A stretch of 64,000 bases of DNA from Azolla caroliniana (GCA_043228905.1 JBHGNT010000007.1:22506001-22570000), one strand, 5' to 3'; shown: positions 1 through 13,481, numbered from the stretch's first letter. Notes: generated from the sequence alone by a model not told the origin. Numbers and translations: made by a program.

Positions 1-874
1 ATTAGTTCTAATGTGACAACACTTAATTTCTAATGCCAAAATTGGTATGTCCTTAGCATGATCAAATAAATTATTTTTACGATGAATAGGCCCATTGTTT
101 TTAGACTCAGATTCAACAAACCATTTGTAACTAAGTTAACATCTTGTCAATGAACAGTTATGTTCTGAATGAGGGAAATATGTTTTGGAGGGTGCATTGT
201 AGCATTATATTTCACATTTAGGTGAGAAATACCATGTCGATAATCATCTCTAGAAAGTGTCCTTTGAAGTGTCATGATGAATTCTTTATTGTTTATGATT
301 GTTGCTAGTCCTAATCTTCACACTTGGAAACTTTAGTGGATGTTGATTTTTGTCAAAACATTGTTAGCTTGACCTAAATAAAGTTTATGTGAATTAATTG
401 TTCCCTTTGTGTTTCATAATATAATGAGTATGTGTTGAAGTTACTTCGATTGAACTCCATAGCATTGTCGTTAAAGAATGCAACCTGGTTTTCATTTGTG
501 GTAGTGTAACCCAATGAGCTTGGATACTCCATGAATGATGTAGTTTAACTAATCTTTGTTACATGTGTTTATGTGGCTTGAAGCCACATAGTCTTGGCAT
601 TCTTTTTTATCACAAAACAGTGTATAAAAGTACAAGTGTTAATCACATTGAACTTATGAAGGAATCTTCATATTCATGAAGCTATTATTCATAAACCATT
701 TTTCGCATTGATGTCTCAAATTTTGAATTTGTGTTGGTATACAATGACACGACAAACCATTTTTCTCTGTGAAGTCTTAATTTTTGAATTTGTGTTGGCA
801 TATAATCCTCAAGAGAGTAGAATGACTTACTAGCAACTGATATTTTGACCTAGATACATGTGGGATGATTTTAA

Positions 875-2641
875 TCACTTTGGCACTTCTATGATGCGTC
901 TGGCACGAGGTTTTAATGTAACATAGAACCCCTCTTTCATGTACAAAGTGGTGCATAGTTTGGGAACAACCTTGGGCTTATGGGGAGCTAGGACAACATG
1001 GAAATTGATGATGATGGTGGAGGCGACAACCTTCATGAGTATGTATGCCATTTCCTTACCAAGACATGTGCGTGGACCCGCATTGAATGCGACGAATTCA
1101 AAAGGCGATGCATTGGTGAGTCTACACGATGGTCCATCACCATATAGCCATCGCTCGGGTCGAAAGGATGCACAATCCGGGCCCCATAGGCTCTCCATCC
1201 GGCCCATGCTATAGATATTATACAAAAACCTTTGGCCCTTTTTCACATGGTTACCATCTGGTAGAACATCATCTTGGACTACATACTTCATGTCGATGGG
1301 CACGGACGGGTAAAGACGAAGGGATTCGGACAACGCGGCATGAAGATAGGTCATGTCATTGAGCTTCTCGCGGGTGTGGACGGGGACACCATCGTGAAGT
1401 AGTTGGTTTGCATCACTACCGAGTATTGTCTCGATTTCGCGTGCTAGTTTTTCTTCGACGTGTGGGTGTGAGGCTAGGAGCCAAAAGAACCAAGACAAAG
1501 CTAGGGCAGAGGTGTCCCGACCGGCCAACAAGAAGTTAATAACAACGTCCTTGAGGAACTTGTTGTTGTGGGCGTGGTCATTCGTCTTGTCCTCCATCTT
1601 GATGAAGCAAGACAAGAGGTCAGAATGAGGGGTATGTTTAAGATGGCCACTCGGTTGGACATGATCGACGCGATGACCATTTGGGTGGCCAATGAAGTCA
1701 TTTCCATTTGGGCAGGCAATGTCGATGTGGTCGTCCGGATGCACATTGGCATCGTGTGCACTCGGGTTCACATTGGCATTGTCTGTATTTGGGTGCACAT
1801 AGTCGGCATTGGTCCCAGAAAGTGCGGCCCGGCGATCGTCCACAACTTGTTGAAGGAAAGAGTCTACGCATCGGAGCGCGGAATGCATGCCCGATTCCTT
1901 GCCGAGCCGTAGGAGTTTGAGTAGCTTCCACGAGGATGGAGGGAAATTGAATCGGGAAGTTGCGCAATCGAGCGCGGTCTCGAACGCGGATGCGAATGGG
2001 ATGGACGGGAGGTCGGGCCGGAGGCAACCGGTGTCCACCCCAAACACGACGAGCGAGATGGTGTCGAATGTGAACCGAAGCATGAGGTCTTGGAAATCGA
2101 AGGTCGTGTCGGCCAATGCAAAACCGCGAAGGATGGGGAGGAGCTTCCCAGGGGCGGCCAAGAATAGCGTAAGATCCGAGAACTCCCGGAATGGCCGTGA
2201 ATTGAGGTGTAGGCTCGCGGCTTTCCGTTGGAGCCGCCATAGATCGTGGTCCGCATTGAAGATCCCGTCGCCGAGGAGGTCATGGAAAATGGCGATGAAA
2301 TCGGGGCCCTTCGGGTAATTCGCGAAATTGGTCCGAAGGGCGTGCTCGATGTTGCGAGGATCCGCGGTCACCAACGTGTCCATATTGCCGGACAAAAGCC
2401 ACGGCCCACGGAAATGGAATGACCCACCATTGTGCACCAAAAGGGTGGTTACCCAATCATAGTATGTATCACCTAGGTTTACCAACAAGGCAGGAAGCAT
2501 GCCCAATATGGGCCAATTCGTGGGGTTCCTATAGGATTCAGATTCTTCGGCCGGACATTGCCACGAACGCCGACGGATGGCTGACCAAAAGAAGAGGCCA
2601 AGAAGGCTACCCATGAGTGTCACTACAAGCAAGCTCATCAT
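875..2641 (-). CDS. Cytochrome P450, CYP86 clan (fatty-acid omega-hydroxylase-like), intronless, 588 aa
   Basis: N-terminal TM anchor, WPILGMLP hinge, NYPKG, I-helix AGRDTS, K-helix ESLRLYPSVP, FRPERW, heme motif FNAGPRTCLG; ATG to TGA uninterrupted. Confidence 0.95.
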   Translation of the reverse strand: MMSLLVVTLMGSLLGLFFWSAIRRRSWQCPAEESESYRNPTNWPILGMLPALLVNLGDTYYDWVTTLLVHNGGSFHFRGPWLLSGNMDTLVTADPRNIEHALRTNFANYPKGPDFIAIFHDLLGDGIFNADHDLWRLQRKAASLHLNSRPFREFSDLTLFLAAPGKLLPILRGFALADTTFDFQDLMLRFTFDTISLVVFGVDTGCLRPDLPSIPFASAFETALDCATSRFNFPPSSWKLLKLLRLGKESGMHSALRCVDSFLQQVVDDRRAALSGTNADYVHPNTDNANVNPSAHDANVHPDDHIDIACPNGNDFIGHPNGHRVDHVQPSGHLKHTPHSDLLSCFIKMEDKTNDHAHNNKFLKDVVINFLLAGRDTSALALSWFFWLLASHPHVEEKLAREIETILGSDANQLLHDGVPVHTREKLNDMTYLHAALSESLRLYPSVPIDMKYVVQDDVLPDGNHVKKGQRFLYNIYSMGRMESLWGPDCASFRPERWLYGDGPSCRLTNASPFEFVAFNAGPRTCLGKEMAYILMKVVASTIIINFHVVLAPHKPKVVPKLCTTLYMKEGFYVTLKPRARRIIEVPK

Positions 2642-3494
2642 GCTAAGTTACAAATGTTAAAAGAGGCAAAATCTTCTTCTACTAGGCTTCTTTCTTTTCT
2701 TGAAATTAAGGGCACTTTTTCTTCTATAGGCTCTTTTCCTTCTTCTTTTTTGTCTTTGTTTGCAATAAATAAGGATATGGCCACTCCATCCACTCCTGGT
2801 ATTAAATAGTATAAGCATCTAACACTACTCATGCCACATTGTACTTAAGTCTCACCATTCACTTTGAACATTATTACCACATAGCTGTAGATATAGATAT
2901 AATGACCACAACATCCCTCCCAAAGTTGATTGTTCGAACGACCCCTCGTATACTTGAGATCAAATGTAAGAAAGTAAAGGTCATTTCACTTGAAAGAAAG
3001 AAAGTAGCCGGCATAACTTTGGAATGGTGATATTGATGTGGATTGGCTCATTCACTCAAGCAGCTCGCTCCAACCTTGCACCTAACTTGTATCTTTGAAA
3101 CTCGTTTGTTCTGCCTTTCTTAATGCTGGTCTCACAATGTCCTGACTTAAGGGTGAAGATATTTCACCCATATCCTTCCAATTTTAGCTCAAGACTTAAA
3201 TCAAATCTTTACACAAATCTTCCTAAAACATTTGAATGTAATAAAATGGTATCTATTTTGCTAGGATAAAGATTGACCCCGAGCTAAAAAGGGTTGTGGA
3301 ATGCTTAATACAGTTGCATAACATTGGCATAGATGTGAAACGAAATATGAGTATTTTGTTGTTTCAAGGTGGAAATCTATAAATTGCCTTAGTATGTGCT
3401 CATTTACTTCTAAGAGGGATTACGTAACATCAAGTTTCATAATATATTTTATAGACAGTAGAACATATAACATTATATGTTCTACTGTCTATAA

Positions 3495-4196
3495 AATTTT
3501 GGGAGGGAAATTGAAGTCCAAGGAGGCTCATTCCAATGTAGTTTCAAATGTCATAGTGACCGTTATAGAGGGGAAGGGAGATTGGGGCAAAGGCATCCAA
3601 GTTTGAATATCCCCGAAAGTAATAAGAGAGATGGCAACAAAAGTGAAGTGAACATGAGGCCTTGGATATTTAAAATAGTGTGAGATGCACTAAAAAGGAT
3701 GCATGACATGGAGGAGCTTCTGAGAATAGATGGAGAATATGGTAAAGTTGAAGAATTCTTGAAATGGATGAAAAATGAGGTGGAGACTAGGGGCTTTATG
3801 TTGGAGCCGCTAGAGGTTATCACTGGTGTTTAATATCTCGTCATCCAAAAAGTCTTGAAAGATGACCATGAAAGTCTAGTGATTGAGAAAATTTGTTCTA
3901 AGCACATGTTCAGCGTTGTGAGGATAAGATGTAGCCAAGGTGTCCATGTTCCCTAGAAAGAACAAGGGATCAATAAGGAAAGTGTCATTGATCTTGATCA
4001 GCAAGATTGTGATCCACTTGAGAATTTATCACCCATATTCTTGAAAAATGCAGGAAGCATACCTAGAATTGCCCAAATTGTTGGTTTGCCATACACGAAT
4101 GGGTTTGGCATTGCCACCATATCTTGTGGTCATATTGGCCAAATTGTCGGGTTGCCATACACACCTTCCTAGTACCAATAACAAGATGCTCATCAT
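3495..4196 (-). pseudogene. Degenerate 5' part of a CYP86-clan P450
   Basis: Manual minus-strand translation gives MMSILL.., KPTIWAILGMLPAFFKNMGD, GNMDTLATSYPHNAEHVLRTNF, IFQDFLDDEILN, FTFVAISLITFG, GCLCPNLPS, FETTLE*ASLDFNFPP, collinear with the 875-2641 protein; stops and frameshifts present; no C-terminal half found. Confidence 0.85.
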
Positions 4197-6033
4197 CTAA
4201 CTAGTTTGAGCTCGGGGTGGGAATCGGGATGGCTCAAGATGAACCGAATTGATTTGGGCCAAACCGGTTAGCCTTAATTGGAGCTGGTTCGATTCAAATT
4301 TGGAAACTCCCAAACCAAACTTTTGTCGATTCCTAGGTACAGCTTACAAGCAAGCAAACCATTTTACAATTTAAAGACATTTAATGAGGGACAACTTGTT
4401 AAAATAAAAATATAGAAAGATTTTGTTATTAAAAGTTACTCTCTACATATTTTCTTATTTTCATTTGTAACTCTCGATCAAGAAGGATATGTTTTTTCGA
4501 TATTTTCTACTTGCTAAAAATAAGGTTGTTTTTCGCTAATTTGGATGTATATAGTAGTAACCTTAGCTTACTTAACGGAAGGATATATGGTTCGTCATCG
4601 ACTTTCACATGATGGTTTTGAAAGTATTTTGGTTTCTTTTCCATCTAATTTATATGTTGTAGCCGATTTGGCTTTTCTTAACTAATAGAAGGATATCCTT
4701 TTTTAGGAAAAAGAAAGATTTAGTCCATTTTAACTAGGGCACATACATGCAAAAGGAGACTATTGTTAGTTGAATAAGAAGGGATTTATGGAGGGGGGTC
4801 TAACCTTGATTGTTGGGTTTTAGAGAGTTTTTTACTAAATGTTGAATTTGAGAAAGATTGGGTCCTAACGGTATTCGAGAAAGATTGAAAGATTCATGTG
4901 ATTGTTGTTTACAATACATAGTGTGCCCAAATTTCAACATCATGTTATGCAAACATATTTGTCCTAGGGTTCATTGTTGTTGGTACTTTTCAGACTACCT
5001 TCATCTTTCCTACCTTCATAGTAAACCCTTGTTTGTTGGTTGCATTTCCCAACAATTGTCTACACAATACAAGTAATGTATATTTCGTCACAGTAAGTCA
5101 TTTATTTGTGTTTCTCACCATTTCTCTAGGCCTTGCAATCACCACATATAGGAGACATTAACATCATTGCTTCGAACACTAGAAACTAATCAAGAAATTT
5201 ACTTGCTTAAACTTGAAAATGTATACATCGTTGCGAAATGTTGGGTTAAGAAAGGGGACATGAAAATATCATGATTAATTGCACAAGGTCATTAATGATT
5301 GTGAGGATTGATTTAGGGTTTATTGGAAGGAAGACTATGATAAACCATCATGTCTAATTCTCATGTTCCTAGGATTTGTTATCGTCATCTAAGATGGTCT
5401 TTATCATAATGTAATGTAACTTCAAATCATTTTATCACAAGGTTCATTAGATATAGTAAAAAAACATATGTAATTTTAGAATTTTTCCTATATTTTGTGA
5501 AAAATCATCATGGAAAACATGTCATAGGCAAACTTCTTAATTCGTAAGGTGAGCTCGTTTCCATGTTGATGAGTTTTTGAACTAGCTTGTCAAGCTTTTA
5601 AAAGGCGTGTTTTTCCTCTTCATGACCTTTAGTAATGCCATGCCACCCTGGAGTTGGAACTAGAAGTATGGAAATGGGATACATATATGAGATATACTTC
5701 TAGGAAATAATTGTCATGCTCAAAAGCTAAAATCTACATGAAGGCTTTTTCAATGGGTACCTAATGTTTTGTCTCTCAATGTAGATGATCTAAAACAATA
5801 AATGCGAATATTTCTTGATAGGAGAGACATAGTAGGTCCATATTTTTATTACAATCGTGAATTGTACAATGTTTTACCCTTGGATTGTGTTAAAAGTGAT
5901 GCCCATTTGTTTAGGAACAAAGTGTTTGTATACATTATCTTAAATTCAAGAAATTGAATATTCTCTGCTATGAATATCATATTTGACCATACATTTTGGA
6001 ATTGCACCCACAACTTCGAGTGCATAAAGTGTG

Positions 6034-6278
6034 GGACATGGAGGAGCTTTTGAGAATAGATGGAGAATATGGTAAAGTTGTATTCTTAAAATGAATGAAA
6101 ACTGAGGTGGAGGCTAGGGGCTTTATGTTAGAGCCATTAGAGGTCATCATCAATGTTTAATATCTCGTAATCCAAGATGTCTTGAAAGATGACCATGAAG
6201 TCTGGTGATTGAGAAAAATCGTTCTAAGTGCATGCTCAACATTGCGAGGATAAGATGTAGCCAAGGTGTCCATGTTCC
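6034..6278 (-). pseudogene. Second copy of an internal fragment of the P450 pseudogene
   Basis: Aligns to about 3705-3952; flanked by 18-bp direct repeats tcga(g/a)tgcataaagtgtg at 6016-6033 and 6279-6296. Confidence 0.85.
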
Positions 6279-6801
6279 TCGAATGCATAAAGTGTGAGAT
6301 TTGCCATTTCATCATGACAACTACATTTAACTTTGAACTCTTTATGAATTTATAAATGTTGTGGTTTCACATTGCATTTCAACATAAACAAACTTGTTAT
6401 TTTATTTCGCAGATATTGTGGATTCCTTGAAAGTGGTTTCATGTTACCAAGTTACGAGAGTAGTGGGTATGTGGTTTGACATATGGTTTTGACTTACATT
6501 TATGATCATTGTAATAGCATGAACTTCATTCATTATTCTTTAATTATGCATTCAATTCCTCATCTAATATCTCGACAATTCAATTCCTCATCTAATATCT
6601 CGACAGGTTTACCTAACAAAACCTATTCATTAGGTTTAGGGTCCCCTTTTCATTTTTCTCCTCTTATTCACAGGTAAGGGTTTTTAAGAAAGGACTTTAC
6701 CATCTCTTCTCTCCCTCCCTCACACACGCACACATACATACTCACTCTCTCTCTTTTTATCGTAAGTACCTTACCCTAGTGGTAAGTTGTTGCACTACAA
6801 G

Positions 6802-7018
6802 CACTATGTCTTGGGCTCGAAACCTATTATCTCACCTCTCTATTAGATACTTCATAGTACATATCTCTTTTAATTCACTAGATGCCACTATGGAATGTAG
6901 GGGTTGAATGCCACTATGTCTTGGGCTCGAAACCTATTATCTCACCTCTCTATTAGATACTTCATAGTACATATCTCTTTTAATTCACTAGATGCCATTA
7001 TGGAATGTGGGGGTTGAA
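6802..7018. repeat. 110-bp-period tandem duplication
   Basis: cactatgtcttgggctcgaaacc...gggttgaa starts at 6802 and again at 6912, nearly identical. Confidence 0.9.
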
Positions 7019-7052
7019 CCCATGATCTCCATTGGGCAACCTTACCAACTGA

Positions 7053-7054
<2 letters not shown>

Positions 7055-7099
<45 letters not shown>
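7055..7099. repeat. (CT)n microsatellite
   Basis: Pure dinucleotide run. Confidence 0.95.
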
Positions 7100-7101
<2 letters not shown>

Positions 7102-7560
7102 TCTCCCTTTACTTTTACTTTTATGCAAGTGAATAGCTCATCTAGTCAATAATTCTTACTATAAAGGGACCAAAGTCCTAATGTCGATTTCATGTTCTCA
7201 TTATTACTTCCTATGCAATAACGCCTATAAATCATACATAATTGGTATACTTTCTACTTGCTAACATAGATTATTTATGGCATTGAAGTGTTGAATAGGA
7301 ATGTTGAAATTGTGGTTATCTTAGTGCTTGAATTTTAGGTTACAACTTACACCTAGTTAATAGCTATAGCAAAGAAAATTGATTACAAAATGTTGTAGTG
7401 TTAATCTACAATGGGTCTCTTCAACTTTTACAAATTGCAACACAAACCAACTCTCATTTGTTGTGAAATTGTCATTCTCAATCTAAAATAGGTAGCAAAC
7501 ACTCTTGGCCATTGCAAAAACATTCTATGTGTGGAATCCTTTGCGCATGATATTTGGCTT

Positions 7561-8076
7561 TGTTACGTGCATAACCATAGTTGATCACAAGGTAGGTTTT
7601 CCGTCATTTTCCCTAATCTTATGATGAGTGTGGATTAATTATGAATGGATCGAGGGTCTGAATTGTAATATTCAATTCTACGGTGTGGGATAACTATTAA
7701 GTGTGTTATCACTTGAACACTTCATATATAAAGCAGTCACGTGTGAACACACTAGGGCCTAGGGTTTCGTCCTATATAAGGAGGGTAGCTACCTCCTTAT
7801 GAGATGAGGCTTGACTTATGTTGTGACTATGACAATGTGGTTATGGCTCTTGTTAGCTAAGTATGTGTGATCCTTGTAGAACCGAAGGTACGACTCGCAT
7901 CAACCCTCGATGGCATGAGACATCAAGGAGGTTTGGGTTTGCCTAACACCATTTCTAGGGGGTGGTCGAGTGGGTTTGGCAACCATCTTTCCTTTCTTTG
8001 TTCTATAATTCTTTATATATTTCTTAATAAATTAGTTAGACTCTAATAGTTGGTATCAATTAGTTAGACTATAACA
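7561..8076 (+). mobile_element. Degenerate LTR followed by a partial tRNA-iMet PBS and a repeated LTR tip
   Basis: Starts TGTTACGTGCATAACCATA, like the LTR at 22288; TATA at about 7773; TGGTATCA at 8051-8058; ends ATAACA; TSD not convincing. Confidence 0.5.
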
Positions 8077-8479
8077 TGCTCCATATATAAGCATGGCTTC
8101 ATTTTCATGCATGATAGGGTAACATTTGCCCTCAAAATATTGGGTACGCCCCCTTTCTGAATAAGTGTGCCAAGATAGGTTATTATATGGATAAATATAG
8201 AGGATTAAATACACAATCAAAACACAAAGATACAATGGAAGAGATGATTATGTATTTTACAATATCAAAGTGGTATTACAATTGTCCATGTAATCCTAAG
8301 TTATTAAGGATCAAACTAATGTGAGCAAAAGAATGAAAAATTATGGAGAAGAATGGATTAAGGATGATTAGCCACAAAACCGACCACCCCAAGTGAAGGA
8401 CATGAGACAAGCATAAAATATCATTGGTGCCCCATACCACTGAATATGATCTTATGTTATACATTGCCAATTGGTTATT

Positions 8480-11400
8480 GAATAACGTATCTAAAGAGGA
8501 GACTTGTCCTCGGGTCCAATAGATCTCATGTACAATTCAATCCAACCATTTTATTATTTCGAATTCTCGTATTAGATCTCAATTGTTTAACTTGAGCATT
8601 CAAATTTTTTTCTAGCAAATGAGGTTTAGAAGATAAATCTTCACAAGTTACCATACTTTTAGGCTTAGTGTGTTGTGAGAACCCAAAAGCTCTTTGAGGT
8701 GATTAACATGGAAAACAAAATGAACATCAATACCATCAAGAAGATTCAAAATATATGCAGTTGAACCAATATGCTTTAGGATTGTGAAAGGTCCACAATA
8801 ATATGGGGTTAATTTAACACACTCACCGTTACATAAAGTTTTGGAATTAAGAGGTACATGCAACAAGATTTTCTTCTAGCGCTAAGAACACACAAGGATT
8901 CCTATTATGATCAACATAAAAACATTCTCTATCTTACGACGTCTTAATATGATCTCATGCAATGTGCAACGTTTCTTGCATATCCCTAAAAAAGTTTTAT
9001 GTGCTCACTAATTCATCTCAATGAAAATTAACACGGATAGGGGCTTCACAGTTGAAAACCAAACATCAACACAAAATGACTATGTCCAATTGAAGTATGT
9101 TTAGAGTTGTAATAAGCAAACTCTAATAAGGGGATGTATTCATGTTCCTATTCTTTAGGCTTCTTTGCCATATAAACTCAAAGCATCTCTTGGATAATTT
9201 GATTGATTGATTTAGTTAAACCATTTGCTTGAGGATGATTTGAGGAACTCATGCTCAAAGTAGTTTATAGCTTTTTTAAGACTTGAGTCCGAAAATCGCT
9301 AGTAAACGTAGAAAATATCTATCAACTAACTACATCCATTAGTAGCATGTAAAATCATAGTATGCATCAACAAATTGGCAAGCCAATTCATGAGCTATAT
9401 TGTGGTTTTGGTTTGTATGGATTTGGCTAATTTTGTTACTTGATCAACGATAACCCATATAGTGGCATGGCCTCTTTTTGTTTGAGGGAATCTAACAATA
9501 AAATCCATAGATATATTTTCTCATTTATTATTAGGAATACGTAGGGATTGTAGAGGACTTGCAACTTTCTATCACTTAGCCTTATTCACATAACATTGCA
9601 AACATTTGATTACATAATTTTGCACGTCATGGAAAATTTAATCCAAAAGAAAATATAGAGATGAGAACAAGTGTTCGATGTATTCTAGGGTGCCCAACTA
9701 AGAGTATATCATGAAACTTAAAAATCACATGACATTGCAAACATTTGATTACATAATTTTGCACGTCATGGAAAAATTTAATCCAAAAGAAAATATAGAG
9801 ATGAGAACAAGTGTTCGATGTATTCTAGGGTGCCCAACTAAGAGTATATCATGAAACTTAAAAAGAATTTTCTTTTTTTACTTAAGGGACATGTGAAACG
9901 CAAACCTTCCCATTTGGTAGCAGATTGTCACAAATGTGAAAGGCCAAAATTTGGGAGTGTGGTAATTTTAATGGTATCTTTACCAATTTTACGTCTTGTC
10001 CACTATCGTGTAGAGATACTATCATGAAGGTATTTACCTCGAAGTTGATAAAAAAAATCAGGTTTTAACTTAGTGAAGCTAGACATGTTAACCTCATAAA
10101 TACAACTAAGAAAATCAACAATTGTTTTTATTGAACCTTTGCGATAACAAATGGAAAAAATCAAAGACTTGGAAGAGATTTGCCCATCTATCTTTATGGC
10201 CAACAACATCATGTTGATAATAAAACAATTTTTAAAGAATGGTGGTTAGTTGTGATCACAAAACAATTTTTATATAAATGTCTCTAAATTATTATGTGCA
10301 TGAATGACCCCAAAAAGTTCATTTTCTTGATTGAGTACCAATATTGAGTAGAATCAAGTTTCCTATTCTTAAAAGCAATAGGTTTTGCGATTTTGTTTGG
10401 TTTAAACCAAACCTTTGCCAATTGCTACCCATAGCATAATCACTAGTGTTGATTTCAACCTCAAAACGTTTGGAAGGATTTGACGATGTAACTATGCGAG
10501 CAATACATACGTGTTCTTTAAAGGTGGTAAAACATTCTTGCAATGGTCATTCTAAGGAATTGGTTTAGTAGCTTACACTTTTAACCTTTTAACGATCGAT
10601 AAACGATTAAGTCAATTGCAAAAAATTATGAATAGGCATTCACAAAAAACTCATAAAACCAAGGAATGAATAGAGTTGTCAGATGATAGGAGAATGGTCC
10701 AAGTTTCACTTTCTCTATTCAAAAAGTGTCCATTTGAACACCATAATCGGTAATTAAATGTCCTAGGTAATTGATCTTTTGAAAAATCACATTTGGATAT
10801 AGAAATGCTTGTCTCGCCATATTTACAATACAAAATGAACATGATTGTAATGTTCCTAAAAAATAAGACTATAAATGAAAAATATTATACAAGAAAACAA
10901 ATGATCAAGTTGATCTCAAATTTTGCCCTTCATTTTTTGTTAGAAAGTGGCTACAACATTAGTCAAGCCAAATGGCAGGACTAAAAATTCATAATGGTCA
11001 TACCACGTATAATATGGGGTTTTAGGATTATCCTCCTTAATAATTCTAATTTCATTATGGTAGCCAAGTCATAGATCAAATTTGGTAAAGTATTGGCATT
11101 GTGCACATTGCAAACGTCAATTAAATTGTTTGCATGAAGCAAATGCATATAAATTTATTATTGTCATTTAACATAGATGACTATAATTAGCACACATTCC
11201 TTCCTTTAATTTTCTTGATTTAGATGATTGGCGCACCCCAAGGAGATTTCCTATGATGAATGTGACTCATCCTAAGTAGTACTTATGTTGTATTACAATC
11301 TCATCCTCTTCAAGGAAACTAAGTCCATAAGGTGTAATGGTCATAGGAATAGTACCTAGTATGAGATGTATTTTATAGCCAATATTATGTACATGTGGTA

Positions 11401-12200
11401 ATCTTGGTGGCATTTAGTTCCTTAGGAAAAACATCTTTGAAATAATTTTTATGACTGAATCGTGCAATCTTTGTTCATGAAAAGCTAATTAATTCACATC
11501 AACGTTAAAATGGTAATATTGAATCGTTGGATAACTCATACGATAGTAAAATAGAGAACATGAATACTCAATTAAAGATGTGGAGGAATTCAAAAAAATT
11601 TAAGGAATTTTTATACATTGAATAAACAATGTTATGCTATTTAGTACAAAAGAGATCAAATGGTTAATCCAATGATCAATCAATGGATAATGAGGAGTCT
11701 TTTTTATAAAACTAGAGATAACCCAATAGTAAATACTATATCAATGAATCTCATATTCGTCACATGAAAATCAAGCTTTTCTACAAAGGAATCTATGCAA
11801 TCAGCAATTGATGAACTACACCATTGATGAATTGTATTTCTCCATCTTCGAAGTGAATTTTATAAGTGTGATCACTTACAAGAACAATTCTGTTAAATGC
11901 GTGTCCACTTAAGTGTGCCTTTCTATTGAGGTGCTTTTTATAGAGGTCAAAATCCTGATAAAAAAACTACATTGTTTCATGACAAAATTGCATCAAACCA
12001 AATTGAAACTATGTTCCAAGCATTAAAAAAACAACAAAATCATCAACAAAAATAAGATATGGGTTGAATTCATCTCGTAATAATGCTAATTAGCTAATTT
12101 TACATTGACTTAAATAGGAGGAAGCTTTTTGACATGATGAAAACTTTAAACTCTATCAAAAAATGCCAATTGTAAAAGTGCACAATCCATTACACTTTTA
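8480..12200 (-). mobile_element. Highly degenerate Ty3/Gypsy (chromovirus-like) pol remnant
   Basis: Integrase C-terminal GPY/F motif KLTPYYCGPFTIL..AY.L..VFHV (8648-8866), RNase H FEVEINTSDYAMG (10319-10543), RT fragments, chromodomain-like remnant about 8480-8620; many stops; boundaries approximate. Confidence 0.7.
9593..9864. repeat. 139-bp-period tandem duplication inside the Gypsy remnant
   Basis: acattgcaaacatttgattac...gaaacttaaaaa at 9593 and 9732. Confidence 0.9.
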
Positions 12201-13481
12201 CCATCGATTATGTTGGAATCACCCTTTCCCTCCTCCTAAGAAAACCACACATTTGTGCATCTAATTGACATATTAGCATTTACCTCAATTAAATTCAGGA
12301 TATGGACTCCAATTCAGCTATATAAAATCCCTTAATATCATTTTAAAGATATTTTCTCTATGCATGGTTTGGCAATAAAAAAAGGAGCACAATGTTAGAC
12401 ACCATTGTTTCATATTTCCTTAATATGTCAAGTGCACAATCCATTACTCTTTTACAATCGATTATTTTGGAATCCCCCTTCCCTCCTTCTAAGAAAACCA
12501 CACATATGTGCATCTATTCGACATATTCGCATTTACATAAACTAAATCCAACATATGTATTGGAAGAATGCATGGTTTAGCAATCAAAACCCACTTTTGG
12601 TCATGTACATAAAAGTCTACATACTTGGAGAAGAATGTAGGACCAATTTACAGGCAATAATGTCGCGAGTAGTAAATTGGGAGCAATTACAACAACAAGG
12701 AGGGTTTGATTAGTGGTTGTTGGGGCAACACTTTCTGAAAACCCAGTTAAGTGCACACTTTTTCCTTGGGATCAAAGTGCACACTTAATCAAATGGTTAC
12801 TGTATATCTATATGAAGTCCTAGAATCAAACAAGTAATGCATTGGGTGAGATCCATTGACTTGACCAATTAATTACTCTTAGCAAATAATCTGGTCCTAG
12901 TATTTGTTTAGAAAACGATGATAGACAACAACCCAAACAAATATCCACAATTGCTGAATAGGAACATTAAACCAAAAGGCTCAAACGAAATGAGGTCCAA
13001 CGAATACGAGACCATCTACCAATAATGAGGAACCGTAAGATTGAACGACTTACGGAGATTATGCCCATAAAAAGCTACATTCTAATATTTTTATCAATGA
13101 TTTGAATATACTTTTATTCAATGTTAATCTAGGTTTGCTAATACGTTTAGTTGGATGATGCACTCTAAAGTATGGGGTGTGTCAGTGAGCAAGGGGAAGT
13201 GAGCCACATTACTGATTTCTTACCTAAAAGGTGCACCTCACTAATGTGATTTCCTAACGGAATTCATAGCCTCGTAACGTAAGAACCAATCAAATCTTCG
13301 CAAGGGACTGGGATTTGATTCCACCATATAGTCGTAAGGTTTTGATTTGCTAGCTACGTTCAAAGAAGCAAAGAATTTGTTTGATTTAGGATATATCTTA
13401 ACCATGTGCTCGCAAGCATCTTGGATTTGAACCTTCCAACTCCAAATAAAAGACAAAGGCATAAAAAGCAAGAGTGGGCTT

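Noticed and set aside
939-2318. Overlapping alternative-frame ORFs in the P450 gene (similarly 25107-26606)
   Set aside because: By-products of GC-rich codon usage in the real CDS.
4200-4330. AACCG/CGGTT-rich patch resembling DNA-transposon subterminal repeats
   Set aside because: No terminal inverted repeat pair, TSD or transposase could be identified.
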